Shown piece after piece: positions 36,941-47,550 of a DNA stretch of 64,000 nucleotides (positions are counted from its first letter, which is position 1; the number at the start of each line of letters is the position of its first letter). Where the stretch lies: the NCBI GenBank assembly GCA_965197475.1, contig CBDANF010000003.1, forward strand, positions 1,952,001 to 2,016,000, written 5' to 3'. This stretch comes from Candidatus Poribacteria bacterium. GTDB lineage: Bacteria; Poribacteria; WGA-4E; WGA-3G. A program made the translations under genes and the position numbers. A model generated the notes under the pieces. The model made no database searches and had not been told where the DNA came from. It saw nothing but the letters and a program-made list of their open reading frames with translations.

Positions 36941-39900
36941 TTATTGAAATTCACCTCTCACCGTCAGCGCACTTGCAATGGAGAGGAAATCCCTACCCTC
37001 TTCAACCCTATCGTGGTTGTAGCTAAGTCCCAAATGTAGATTCGCCGTTAGATGGTCACTGAGTTTGTAACCTGCGCGTAACGTTGTCTCGTAACGCTCA
37101 GAACGTTCCTCCTTATTGGCACCGTAGTTTTCCCTACGTATTGCCAAAGAGAAGGTATTGGTCAGGTCAAGGTCGTGCTTAAGTGGAATTCTGCCAAAAA
37201 ATGGCACGCGGATACCGCCTTCGGTCCGGTAGCGATAGTCAATACTAAAATTGGGTGTGATGATGAGCGCGTTACTCTCAATTCCGCTGCGCAGATGGTC
37301 ACGGAGGGTCGTACGAATCCCTAATGAAGTTCTGGTTTCTTCACTCCATTTGTGGATCCAACTTAGAGACGGCGTATGTGCGGCACTGTCGCTAAGGGTT
37401 ACTTCAAGGTTCGCACTCTGCCGTATCGTAAAACTATACCGTAGTTGGAAACTGGATGCTTGTTGTGGATTGATCTTGACATCCGCTTCGTAGGTCTCCG
37501 CGTGTGATGTAAAAGTGCTACCATAACTTTTCCGAAAACTATCGGCTGTGCTGAGATTAGTTCCGAAAGAGAGCGATTTCCACGGACTTACGGAAGTCCG
37601 TACTGTGTAGCGGTTGCTTTTCCGTGAATTCGTCCGTTCATTTGCTTCTGGATCAAGCCTCCAAATCTCTATCAAAGATTGCCCGGACACAAGTTGGCGA
37701 AAGGATTCGGTAGCGGTGAAATTGGCATTGGTGTTAATCGTAAATGAATTGATTATTCGATGAAATAGTCCTTCTTGTGCAGTAGCAGGCGTATTCTTTT
37801 GTGCTGTATCCATCTCGACTTTATCGCGGTTAATCCAATCGGTTTGCTCCTCAGCTAACTTTTGGATTTGGGTTTCGTCAATACCATTTTCCCGCAACTG
37901 TTCAAGTTGCTGTTCTGCCAGTGGCTTTTTTCCCAATTTTTGAATTGTTGCATCCTCACTCTCTTTTATCTCTTCGGTTTCCGGTTTTTCTTTAGGCAAA
38001 AGCCATCCGAACCATTTTTGAATGCGTAGATTCAAACCGAGACTGATGTTTCCGTTGAGTGAAGCGTCTTTCTGTGAAGTGAACCAGTTTTCTCGAAAGC
38101 TCATACGACTTGTCACCGTGGGACGAAGACCAAGAAGATCGCGATTAAGGCGGGGGGTGAGTGAAAGTCGGTGCTCTCGTGCGGCAATAGAAAAATCAGA
38201 CAGCGTATCTTCACTGGCATCCTCTTCTACAGAAGAATCAGGGGTAGAGACCCCTCCTACAGTAAACGAAGAACGATATCGATTTTGATCACGTCTTTCA
38301 AGCGTTCGCCGCACATCGTAACTCGGGCTGAGACTGAATACGTTTATTGGACTGATGTTAAGCGTAATGGAACCGCTGTCTGTTTTTTCATCCCGATTTC
38401 TACCGTAACCATAACTGTAGTAGGAAGCTGATGATCCAGTTGTATCCGTTGCAGTTTCAGGCTTTGCGAGGATATCCTCATGCCGATACTGCACATTGAA
38501 CCCAAGTTTTGAACCGATATTGTACCGAAAAGTTCCCGTATATAGATGACTAATCTGTGTTCCTTGCCGCTCGTTCCAAAAATCCTGATAATTGTAGGCG
38601 AATCCAAGGTTGGGGAGGGGATTGCGTCTGAATTGCACTGAGACATCTCGGTTGTGAGTCTCACTCTTTCCACTTTGAAAAGAGCTGTAGCTGCCTCGTA
38701 GTGCCTCAGTTTCAGATTCCTGTTCCTTGATGGAATATCGGATTGGCAGCCAGGAAAAGAGTGTGACATCCGCATCAATATTGTAATCGTTGTTGGTTGT
38801 ACTATATCCTCTGGATGACAGACGTTGTCGCCCGATTTCACCTGCACCACTCTCAAAATCTTTGTCTTGGCTTGCGTAGCCACCGCGAAGCTCAATGATG
38901 CTACCCAGCGAAACGGACATGTTACCCCGGCGTGCCCATCCAGAGCGGATAAGTGGATCCCCAAGGTGGATTTCGTTAACCCAAACCTCACCACTAATTT
39001 CGCGCTCAGTGTCGTTTCGGATACCGAGCAATATACCACCGATATTTTTGATAGATAGCTGCGTTCTGCTTACCCCAGTTTCTGTGCCTCTGACAGTAAA
39101 ACCATCCGGATGTCCGTCAGGTGCATTTTGTGTGGGAGATGGTTGTGATTGCTGATTTGGTGTATCTATATCCTCAGTCTGATCTTCAATCCGATCCGGA
39201 TATTCATTCAAACTGTGGTCGCGTAGGTCAATTTCAATCAGTTTCCATCCTTCAAAGTTAATCAGTACGGTGTATTCATAATAGTCTGTTAGATTTTCAA
39301 AGATATTGACATCTTCTTCCTGTTGAGGTTGGTTGAGGAAGGAATCAGAACTATAAAAGGAACTTCGGTAGCCCGTGCGCACACTGGGTGCAAGTTGTAG
39401 GACAAAGGTGGTATAACTTCTATCACCGTACAACCAAAATCGAAGTGTGTCGTGTTTGCTAAAGTCCTGACCTTCGCTCTGCGTAAAACCTCTTAGCTGC
39501 TTGGAGGTGATGCCGTGGGATCCAGGGTAGAGATAGTATTCCAGGCTAAGCGTCTGCTCGCGTTGTTGCTGTGTTTGAAAACCGAGAGACGTCGCTGTGA
39601 ACGGATGTAGTTTTCTAAAAAGTTCATCGTCTTCGATTTCTAAATACGCGCTCTGATAGTCGTCATAACTGAAGTTATCCTTTGTGCCGACGATGAACTT
39701 TTCGATCGTATCTTCAACAACTTTTTGATCGGAAAGTCCGGTGGTTGTTTCTGTGAAGGATTGTGTGACGAGTCCCTGTTCCCATCTATTCCCAACAATT
39801 TCGATAGATGCCCATTGGAATGTGCCCTTGACGTTGCCAGGACGGTTCTTCATAAGCCAGAGGCGGAAATGTTGTACAAATACAAGGCTGGGAACACGCG

Positions 39901-42900
39901 ATCCTTCCGGTAAAAATTCAGAGAGCGGAATGCTAAGGAACGTCCATCCATTACTGTTTTTACTTTTAACCCATTCGTTGGGAATTTCATTGAGGGGAAC
40001 AGCAATCTGAAAATATGCATCAACGCTATCAAGCACGCCGTCGCCATTTAAATCCTCGCTATCCAAAATTTGATTGTCTGCACCAAGAGACTCTGGCTGA
40101 AATGCACCGTCATAACGCCAACCAACGTCTTCCCCAGTGTCCAGCTCACCGTTACCACGATATCGAAGTGCATCCGGCAGATTTTCAAGGTCAAGGTCAA
40201 GTGCGTCAACAATGTTGTCTCCGTTCGTATCCTCTAACGTCTGTGGAAGGTCTTCACTGTCAAGCCGTCCATCAGCATCTGTATCTTCATTTACGGCACC
40301 GACGTTGAGATAGAGCGTCACATCGTCGTCACCCTGTACGCGCATCCACATTTCAATAAAACCGCGTTCAGAATAGTCAACGCCAGATTTTGATATGCCG
40401 TTTGAGAAACCTCCCCACTCTTCAACGACATCTGTAAAATCATATCCAATTTCCATAATCAACCGTTCCTCGGTCGAGAGCGAAAGTGGCTGAATTGACG
40501 ATGCAGGTACATCTCGGTTTCGCATATAGTTGCCAACGGCTTCCGATTCTTCCCTATCTTTCAAAGCAACCTTAAAAAGTGCTCTATTCTCCTGCGTCGG
40601 TAACACAGTATAATTGTGTGTAGGTGAATCTGTCTGTTCCGATTCTGGGATGTATGGCACGCTACTCGGTTTCCAGTTGTATTTAATAGTTGGTATTGTT
40701 GTTGTTTCCTTCACGCCCTCCATGCTATCAATCAGTGCCACGCCGATGCTGTTCGGATTGTTGTGTGAATAAGCCGACTCCCCGCTAAAGTCAATGGAGA
40801 GCGGGAAATTTTGGACATTCACAAGAGGCAGCGGGTTTAGCAGCCATGCTATATTGAAAGATCTACCGAAACTTGTGTTGATATTAAACGCTTGCAATCG
40901 GTTGGGAACGCTGTTTACATCCGGTATCTCAGCAGGTTTCTGCCCTGTAGTTAAGATATAGCCTGTTGAGATGGTAAACCCTTTTTGGAAAATCGGATTG
41001 AAATAATTCATGCCGGTTCCATAACCCCCCAAATAACTGGGTCCGATTCTCGAACGGCCGCCAAAACTTCCGAAACTGCTATATCCGCCGCTAAAGTCAC
41101 TGCCACCGAAACCGGTTCTACCTAATCCTCTGTTAGCACGCGAACCAGTAAGCGGAAAATTCTCAGAAAACGGGTCTTTGCCAAGATTGTTATTATCCAA
41201 ACCTATCTGTGTTGTTGGCATTCCTCCCAAACGATTGAACCTGTCCTCAAGATTCTGTTCTTTCACCGATTTGGGTTTCGGTTTATGTGTATATTCTACC
41301 CAAATACCTGCAACTGCTTGTTGTGAACCGCCACCGAACGGCGTTTTTTCAAATTCCACTACGATCTCGTCAAATTCATCAAGTTTTTTGAAAAATCGGA
41401 TTGTTCCGACTTCGTAAATCATCATGTAATCTGTGTCTCGCGTGAGGAGTTTTCCGTTTAAACGCACGGTTTCGCTGTCTGGAATAACAAATAATCCGAC
41501 ATTATAAGTTTCGGATTGATAGGAATAATCAGCAACAATTGTGTAAATCTGGTCAGATCTACGGATGGACTCAAGATAAATGGCTTCGTTGTTCAGTGAC
41601 TCTTGATATCGGTAGTATGGATGGTTCGGATCGTTAATTTGAAAGGGATGTAAATTTGGGAAACGTAACAATCCTCTATCGTAGTCAATGAATTCAGGAT
41701 CAACGATGCCATCCGCGTTTTGGTCTAATCCGAAAATTTCGATGTATGGCACAAGACCTGTGTCAGTCTGAAATGTCTCACTTTCTCCCTGTCGGATAAT
41801 TGTCAACTGAAAATCGCGAGGATTGATGTTTCTGTTGCCAAGGAAGTAAACGTTATCTGAAACTGTCCCGCGAAACCCCTTCGTTTTTAATACAACATAG
41901 CCAACCTCTTCACCCTTTTCATCAATAGAACTGTCTCCATTTTCATCTGCAAAGACGTTTCCTGGTTTTCCGACACTTCCACCGCCATTTCCCAGATATT
42001 CATAAGCAACAACGATAGTATAACTGGAGGCAATAGCGGATAAGAACTCAATCTCACCGGTTTGATAGTCAATGTTGTAGTCCTGTCCGGGAAACTGTGG
42101 GTTGAAGTAGCCTTGACTCGTCCGTTTGCCACCTTGGTTATTGCCGACGACGCTATCATCAATATAGATTTCCACACTACCCTGTTTGATTGGAAGATAT
42201 GCGTCGTGCAGTAAACCATCCTCGCCTTGATGTATTAAATAGTATCTATTTTTTACGTAATTCGCATCTGCGATCTGATTGCCGCGTGGCCCATATCCGT
42301 AGCTTGACCTCCGAGACTGTCCACGGAACGTACGCACTTCACGGACACCCTTACTTCTCGATCCGAAAGCGGTTACACGGGTGTTTTTATATTCAAATAC
42401 ACCTTCAAGTCCAAAAAGATTGCGGTTGATATTCAAGAATCGAGTGTTCGGCAGACTAAGCATGATGTCACCGAATGAGATAGTTTTGATGAAACTTTCA
42501 GGTTTGCCTTCATACCAAATTTTAATCTTCTGTTCTTTTGCACCACCAAGTCCGTATCCACCGTAGCTACTTGAACCGCCATACCCGCCACCGTAGGTAT
42601 CACCGGCATTATAATCCACTGCGATATGTGTCCGTTCACCTACACGACCGTGCAATCCAATCTTTTGCTGTTGTCTGATATTGATACTTGTAGCACGTGG
42701 AATACCACTCCTGCCGTAGCTACTGTACCCACTCCCATAACCTGACTCGAAACTGTCATATCCGCCGCCAAACCCGCTACTGTAGCCAAAATCTTCATAA
42801 CCGTACGAGGAGCTAAGACCGAGATCAAGTCCAGAACCGTACTCTCCATAGCTACCGTAACCATAGCCTCCATAGCGGTTCAAATCACCTTCGCCGAAAT

Positions 42901-43363
42901 AATGTGTCTTATTAACTTCAATTGTCACCGACTGGTAACCTGTTATCTGTAGGTTTGAATCCATAGGGAGATCAATCCCTTTGGTATCAGTTTTTCGACG
43001 GGATTTCCAATCGTAGAGTTCGGAGAGATCACCGAGATCGGGTGGATATTTCCAACGACGTAGCGTTTCTAAGTACGGCATCAGTACCTGACGGCGCAAG
43101 GATATATCAGAATCTGTATCTTCAGTTATTGATGGATCGTCTGATGTTTTAGTTTCAGATTCACGCTCGGTCCACGTATCTTTTTTCGGCTTATTGCTAA
43201 ACGGATTCTCACCCGGGGGCGGAGAGGTAGGCTCCTGTTGGGCGGGTGGAGTAGCTTCGTCTTTGTTCGCAGGTAAGGCAGGTTTTGCAAAAACAAGAAA
43301 ACAGAGTGCGACGGTAATCAACAAACTATATGCGGACTTTGGGTTCAAAAGAATATGCTCCAT
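36941..43363 (-). CDS. sprA: SprA/Sov-like giant outer-membrane beta-barrel (type IX secretion translocon homolog)
   Basis: Signal peptide. Motifs in SprA order: QQQKIGLHGRVGERTHIAVDY, IKIWYEG...IKTISFGDIMLSLP...LFGL, YIEIFGLD, GLLRFPNLHPF, PDSETVRLNGKLL.RDTDY...YEVG, WGG......DYSERGFIEMW, LYLNVGAVNED, SGEVWVNEIHL. Amphipathic beta-strand C-terminus ending VRGEFQ. Confidence 0.85.
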   Translation of the reverse strand: MEHILLNPKSAYSLLITVALCFLVFAKPALPANKDEATPPAQQEPTSPPPGENPFSNKPKKDTWTERESETKTSDDPSITEDTDSDISLRRQVLMPYLETLRRWKYPPDLGDLSELYDWKSRRKTDTKGIDLPMDSNLQITGYQSVTIEVNKTHYFGEGDLNRYGGYGYGSYGEYGSGLDLGLSSSYGYEDFGYSSGFGGGYDSFESGYGSGYSSYGRSGIPRATSINIRQQQKIGLHGRVGERTHIAVDYNAGDTYGGGYGGSSSYGGYGLGGAKEQKIKIWYEGKPESFIKTISFGDIMLSLPNTRFLNINRNLFGLEGVFEYKNTRVTAFGSRSKGVREVRTFRGQSRRSSYGYGPRGNQIADANYVKNRYYLIHQGEDGLLHDAYLPIKQGSVEIYIDDSVVGNNQGGKRTSQGYFNPQFPGQDYNIDYQTGEIEFLSAIASSYTIVVAYEYLGNGGGSVGKPGNVFADENGDSSIDEKGEEVGYVVLKTKGFRGTVSDNVYFLGNRNINPRDFQLTIIRQGESETFQTDTGLVPYIEIFGLDQNADGIVDPEFIDYDRGLLRFPNLHPFQINDPNHPYYRYQESLNNEAIYLESIRRSDQIYTIVADYSYQSETYNVGLFVIPDSETVRLNGKLLTRDTDYMMIYEVGTIRFFKKLDEFDEIVVEFEKTPFGGGSQQAVAGIWVEYTHKPKPKSVKEQNLEDRFNRLGGMPTTQIGLDNNNLGKDPFSENFPLTGSRANRGLGRTGFGGSDFSGGYSSFGSFGGRSRIGPSYLGGYGTGMNYFNPIFQKGFTISTGYILTTGQKPAEIPDVNSVPNRLQAFNINTSFGRSFNIAWLLNPLPLVNVQNFPLSIDFSGESAYSHNNPNSIGVALIDSMEGVKETTTIPTIKYNWKPSSVPYIPESEQTDSPTHNYTVLPTQENRALFKVALKDREESEAVGNYMRNRDVPASSIQPLSLSTEERLIMEIGYDFTDVVEEWGGFSNGISKSGVDYSERGFIEMWMRVQGDDDVTLYLNVGAVNEDTDADGRLDSEDLPQTLEDTNGDNIVDALDLDLENLPDALRYRGNGELDTGEDVGWRYDGAFQPESLGADNQILDSEDLNGDGVLDSVDAYFQIAVPLNEIPNEWVKSKNSNGWTFLSIPLSEFLPEGSRVPSLVFVQHFRLWLMKNRPGNVKGTFQWASIEIVGNRWEQGLVTQSFTETTTGLSDQKVVEDTIEKFIVGTKDNFSYDDYQSAYLEIEDDELFRKLHPFTATSLGFQTQQQREQTLSLEYYLYPGSHGITSKQLRGFTQSEGQDFSKHDTLRFWLYGDRSYTTFVLQLAPSVRTGYRSSFYSSDSFLNQPQQEEDVNIFENLTDYYEYTVLINFEGWKLIEIDLRDHSLNEYPDRIEDQTEDIDTPNQQSQPSPTQNAPDGHPDGFTVRGTETGVSRTQLSIKNIGGILLGIRNDTEREISGEVWVNEIHLGDPLIRSGWARRGNMSVSLGSIIELRGGYASQDKDFESGAGEIGRQRLSSRGYSTTNNDYNIDADVTLFSWLPIRYSIKEQESETEALRGSYSSFQSGKSETHNRDVSVQFRRNPLPNLGFAYNYQDFWNERQGTQISHLYTGTFRYNIGSKLGFNVQYRHEDILAKPETATDTTGSSASYYSYGYGRNRDEKTDSGSITLNISPINVFSLSPSYDVRRTLERRDQNRYRSSFTVGGVSTPDSSVEEDASEDTLSDFSIAAREHRLSLTPRLNRDLLGLRPTVTSRMSFRENWFTSQKDASLNGNISLGLNLRIQKWFGWLLPKEKPETEEIKESEDATIQKLGKKPLAEQQLEQLRENGIDETQIQKLAEEQTDWINRDKVEMDTAQKNTPATAQEGLFHRIINSFTINTNANFTATESFRQLVSGQSLIEIWRLDPEANERTNSRKSNRYTVRTSVSPWKSLSFGTNLSTADSFRKSYGSTFTSHAETYEADVKINPQQASSFQLRYSFTIRQSANLEVTLSDSAAHTPSLSWIHKWSEETRTSLGIRTTLRDHLRSGIESNALIITPNFSIDYRYRTEGGIRVPFFGRIPLKHDLDLTNTFSLAIRRENYGANKEERSERYETTLRAGYKLSDHLTANLHLGLSYNHDRVEEGRDFLSIASALTVRGEFQ

Positions 43364-43424
43364 TGTGGGGTGTTTTATAAAGTATTGTAACGGAAAAGCA
43401 AAGCGTGGGTTTACGTTAAGATAG

Positions 43425-43583
43425 AGGCATGTAAATATTTTGTCATCTGAATCGCGGATTAGACGGATTACACAGATTTCGCGGATTTTAAGGTTGGCAT
43501 TGTGTTGGGCGAATTGATAAGATTGTTAGGTTTGCTTACGCTCAATCCAACCTGCAGTCCTATTGATAAAATTTTACATATCC
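43425..43583. mobile_element. Degenerate ISKra4-type MITE with nonamer repeats and a REP-like hairpin
   Basis: AGGCATGTAAATATTTTGTCA / TGATAAAATTTTACATATCC; flanks TAAGATAG / GAAAATAG match 6 of 8; internal (C/A)CGGATT repeats. Confidence 0.7.
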
Positions 43584-43599
43584 GAAAATAGAAAATTAT

Positions 43600-43628
43600 T
43601 TGACATCCCATAGAAAACCTGTTATAAT
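43600..43628 (+). promoter_or_regulatory. Consensus sigma70 promoter of argF-thrC
   Basis: TTGACA-17-TATAAT with extended TG. Confidence 0.8.
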
Positions 43629-43693
43629 TATTCTTTCTTTTTTGCTGGAAGTCTCAGTTAAAATCGGCGAATATGACCACTGGGGAGGCAATT

Positions 43694-44632
43694 ATGCACC
43701 TAATTACACTGAAAGACTGGTCAGGACCAGAGATACTTGAAACTGTAGAAGACTGCCTTAAGATCAAAAATCATCCTGAAAAATATAGACATGCTGCTGG
43801 GGGACAGAGTCTTGCGTTGCTATTCCAAAAAACCTCTACTCGTACACGATGTGCGGGAGAAATCGGCATCGTGCAGCTCGGTGGACACGCGCACTATTTA
43901 GACTGGCGAACGACTAACTTCGGCTTAGCCGACCTCAGTGACGAAATTCGTGTTCTGTCTGCGTATGTTGATGTGATTTTAGCACGTTTCCTGAAACATG
44001 CTGATATCTGTGATGCATCCGCAGCTGCATCTGTTCCTATAATTAACGGATGTTGCGACAGATACCATCCAACCCAAGCTCTTGGCGACCTCATGACAAT
44101 ACAGGAACACTTCGGTAGGTTAGAAGGTGTTAAGGTATGTTTTATCGGTGTTCACAACAATGTCTGTAATTCGCTGATTGCTGCAGGGATGAAGGTTGGG
44201 TTAGAAGTAACCGTCATTGCACCTGAGGTAAACCCTGCTGCTGTTGATGAGGAACTATGGACTGAAGCGGAACAGAAAGGTTGCTACAAAACGGTTTCAA
44301 CAGATTCGATTGGCAGTGCAGTGGCACTGCAGGAAGTCATAGGGCAAAATGATGTTGTCTATACCGATACGTGGATAGATATGGAATTCTTCACGGATCC
44401 AGATTTTGCGGAAGAGCGGGAACACCGTATGAAAAAGATGATGCCGTATCAGTTGAACCCTGCACTTCTTGAGGGACTTGATTGTCGGATAATGCACTGT
44501 CTGCCTGCCCATCGCGGCTATGAAATTGCGGGTGAACTCCTTGACGATCCGCGCACAATTATTTTTGAACAATCCGAAAATCGTCTCCATAGCATGAAAG
44601 CTATCCTTCTTAGATTGCTTAAGCGTTCGTAA
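43694..44632 (+). CDS. argF: Ornithine carbamoyltransferase
   Basis: KTSTRTR, HPTQ, VYTDTWIDM, MHCLPAHRG, QSENRLH; ATG 43694 after GGAGG. Confidence 0.93.
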   Translation: MHLITLKDWSGPEILETVEDCLKIKNHPEKYRHAAGGQSLALLFQKTSTRTRCAGEIGIVQLGGHAHYLDWRTTNFGLADLSDEIRVLSAYVDVILARFLKHADICDASAAASVPIINGCCDRYHPTQALGDLMTIQEHFGRLEGVKVCFIGVHNNVCNSLIAAGMKVGLEVTVIAPEVNPAAVDEELWTEAEQKGCYKTVSTDSIGSAVALQEVIGQNDVVYTDTWIDMEFFTDPDFAEEREHRMKKMMPYQLNPALLEGLDCRIMHCLPAHRGYEIAGELLDDPRTIIFEQSENRLHSMKAILLRLLKRS

Positions 44633-44666
44633 ACACTACGAGTTTTCCCTGTTGTCTATATTAAAC

Positions 44667-45818
44667 ATGCAAAACTATCTACAACATCTTGAATGCAGCA
44701 ATTGTAACGAAACATATCCACATGAAAAAGCACAAAACGTCTGTCATTCGTGTGGGAAACCGTTGTTTGCACGCTATGCGCTTGAGCAATTGGCTGATAC
44801 ATGGAAGCCTAACCATCTTCTTTCAAGGCCTCCTTCCCTATGGCGATACAAGGAACTTCTACCTATATGTGATGAAGCGGACATTGTCTCCCTTGGAGAG
44901 ACAATGACCCCGCTTATCCATGCCAAAAAACTTGGTGCCCAACTCGGATTGCCAGAACTCTGGATAAAGGACGAATCTCGTTTGCCTACGGGTAGTTTCA
45001 AGGCACGTGGTTTAGCGATGGCGGTATCAAAAGCGAAAACTCTCGGCATAAAAAAATTAGCTATTCCGTCAGCAGGAAACGCAGCGACGGCTTTGTCTAT
45101 ATACGCTGCGTGTGCTGGAATCCCCTGCCATATCTTTATGCCAAAGGATACGCCCGCATTTAATCGTGAAACATGTCGGCTTGCGGGTGCTAACGTTACA
45201 CTGATTGACGGGTTAATCACAGATGCCGGTAAAATTGTCGCTGATCGGAAAAGGGATGAAGGATGGTTTGATGTTTCAACCCTCAAGGAGCCCTACCGTG
45301 TAGAAGGCAAAAAGACAATGGGCTTTGAGCTCACAGAGCAGTTAGGTTGGAAACTGCCAGATGTAATAATCTATCCCACCGGTGGTGGTACAGGTATAGT
45401 GGGAATGTGGAAAGGTTTTGCTGAATTAGAGGCAATCGGGTGGATAGGAAAGAAAAGACCTCGGTTTATCGCGGTTCAAGCAGCGGGATGTGCACCGATT
45501 GTTAAGGCGTGGGAAGAAGGTAAACCGGCTGCTCAACCTTGGGAAAATGCCCAAACCTTTGCTAGTGGGTTGCGGGTACCGCAAGCCATCGGAGATTTTC
45601 TTATTTTAGAGGCAATTCGTGAGAGTGAGGGTGCTGCGATTGCTGTAACAGATAATGCTATCAGTAAGGCAATGCAGCTATTGCCAACAACTGAAGGCAT
45701 TTTGACGTGTCCTGAAGGTGCCGCGACAGCCGCTGCACTCAAAGAACTGATCGTGAATGGAACGATTACGTCTTCCGATCAGGTTGTGCTGTTTAATACC
45801 GGAGGCTATCAGGCGTAG
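44667..45818 (+). CDS. thrC: Threonine synthase (PLP fold II)
   Basis: N-terminal CxxC/CxxC, SLGE.MTPL, PTGSFKARG, SAGNA, EPYRVEGKKT, PTGGGTG, FNTG. Confidence 0.85.
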   Translation: MQNYLQHLECSNCNETYPHEKAQNVCHSCGKPLFARYALEQLADTWKPNHLLSRPPSLWRYKELLPICDEADIVSLGETMTPLIHAKKLGAQLGLPELWIKDESRLPTGSFKARGLAMAVSKAKTLGIKKLAIPSAGNAATALSIYAACAGIPCHIFMPKDTPAFNRETCRLAGANVTLIDGLITDAGKIVADRKRDEGWFDVSTLKEPYRVEGKKTMGFELTEQLGWKLPDVIIYPTGGGTGIVGMWKGFAELEAIGWIGKKRPRFIAVQAAGCAPIVKAWEEGKPAAQPWENAQTFASGLRVPQAIGDFLILEAIRESEGAAIAVTDNAISKAMQLLPTTEGILTCPEGAATAAALKELIVNGTITSSDQVVLFNTGGYQA

Positions 45819-45888
45819 AACAAACTTGAATTTCGATTGTTGTTTCCGTGAGCACGCCTTGTGAGCACACCCACGGAAAATTATCATT

Positions 45889-46659
45889 TTATCTATCGTT
45901 TTCTAAGTAATCGTATCTCCGCTTCTGCTTCTCAGCAGGATTCTCACCTTCCACTGGTTCTTTTTGTGGAGGCGGGTTTCTCCGTAAGGCACGGGGACCG
46001 ACTTTATAACTGCGAACATTTAAAATCGGATAGACCCCATCAAACCCAACGATCTCCCCTTGTATTTCAACCTCATCATTGTTATTATTTACAACATCGT
46101 TGCGCATCTGATCAAATTCTGGGGATGCGCTGAAAACAAATTTCTGGTCATCGCTTCCAGTTTTGATTGCATGATGGATCTCAGAGGTATGAGGTCTCCA
46201 ACGTGCCCAGATGGGAATATCGCGAATAGAGCCGCGTGTGAAGCCAGGGTATGCAAACATTGTGCCTTGAACCGTCGCTTCAGTTTTTAGCAGGCGTACC
46301 TGCCCGAGCCCATGCCGTCCACGGTAGCGCGAATCCTTCAACTGTCGCGTAATGTCATAGACATCAAATGTGTGTGTATTGCTGTACTTTGAAATGCCTC
46401 GTCTCGGAATTATTTCCACAACGGTTGTGAAATGTCTTTTTCTGCCATTTTTGTCAACTGGTGTATGGAAGGTTATATCTTTTGCGTCTGCCCACGGTGC
46501 CAACAACCTACGAATTTTGATGGCGTCCGCATTGCTTACATAGTCAGAAATTTCTATCTTCAAGGTTTTCACTTCTGCTACACTTATTGTACTAATGCCG
46601 CCGATCAGAAATAGTAAAAGTGCCACACAGAAGATATAGGTGAAATATGCGCGTTTCAT
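45889..46659 (-). CDS. Secreted hypothetical protein
   Basis: Start MKRAYFTYIFCVALLLFLIGG after GAGGA; N-domain has a ferredoxin/HMA-like pattern without Cys; no family recognised. Confidence 0.7.
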   Translation of the reverse strand: MKRAYFTYIFCVALLLFLIGGISTISVAEVKTLKIEISDYVSNADAIKIRRLLAPWADAKDITFHTPVDKNGRKRHFTTVVEIIPRRGISKYSNTHTFDVYDITRQLKDSRYRGRHGLGQVRLLKTEATVQGTMFAYPGFTRGSIRDIPIWARWRPHTSEIHHAIKTGSDDQKFVFSASPEFDQMRNDVVNNNNDEVEIQGEIVGFDGVYPILNVRSYKVGPRALRRNPPPQKEPVEGENPAEKQKRRYDYLENDR

Positions 46660-46965
46660 AATGCGTTCCTCGCTTGAATTCTGAATTCTACATCCGTTGA
46701 CTCTATCAATATCTTTGCCAAAAACGTTGAATAGATAGGATAAGTCTCTTAAAGTTAGGTGGACCAAGCAATTTTTTAAGATGACACGCTCCTATTTATG
46801 ATATTATACCACTGTTTACTGTTTTAATCAAACACTTATTCAGAAAAATCGAGAATTAATTGCAGTTCATACCTTGATTTTTTTCAACGCTCTCTGTATA
46901 ATTGAAATAGGTAAAAAAGAGGTTGTTCCAAATTATTGCTATTTTTTCTTGGAAGCGGTACCAAA

Positions 46966-47541
46966 ATGCCAAAAGATGATGACCAATCCATCTACGTCGT
47001 CGGTCTATGCGGCAGCCTGCGGCAAGGTAGTACCACGCATGCAGCACTAACGATCGCCCTCACAGGTGCAAAAGATGCCGGTGCGGCAGTGGAATTACTG
47101 GATCTGAGTAAATACCAACTCATTTTCCATGGCGCAGTTGCAGACGAATCTGAATATCCACCCGATGTTTTCAGACTCAAGGAAAAAGTTAAGCGTGCAC
47201 ACGGCATACTTCTTGGAACTCCAGAATATCATGGCAGTTTTAGCGGTGTCCTCAAAAATGCCTTAGATCTGATGGGGTTTGAGGAATTTGAAAACAAGGT
47301 CGTAGGACTAATCGGTGTTTCAGGTGGCAGAATGGGTGCTGGAAACGCGTTGTCAATGTTGAGAATAGTAGGCACCACATTACGCGCATGGGTTATTCCG
47401 AACGACGTTTCAATCCCGCGCGCTTCTGAAGCTTTTGATGAAAACGGAAACATACACGACCCAAAATTAACAGCCCGTCTCAAAGCGGTTGGACACCAAG
47501 TCACCCAATTCGCTGCCCTCTGGAATTCAGGGAAGATATAG
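46966..47541 (+). CDS. NADPH-dependent FMN reductase
   Basis: GSLRQGS, TPEYHGSFSGVLKNALD, SGGRMG. Confidence 0.93.
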   Translation: MPKDDDQSIYVVGLCGSLRQGSTTHAALTIALTGAKDAGAAVELLDLSKYQLIFHGAVADESEYPPDVFRLKEKVKRAHGILLGTPEYHGSFSGVLKNALDLMGFEEFENKVVGLIGVSGGRMGAGNALSMLRIVGTTLRAWVIPNDVSIPRASEAFDENGNIHDPKLTARLKAVGHQVTQFAALWNSGKI

Positions 47542-47550
47542 AAACATAAT

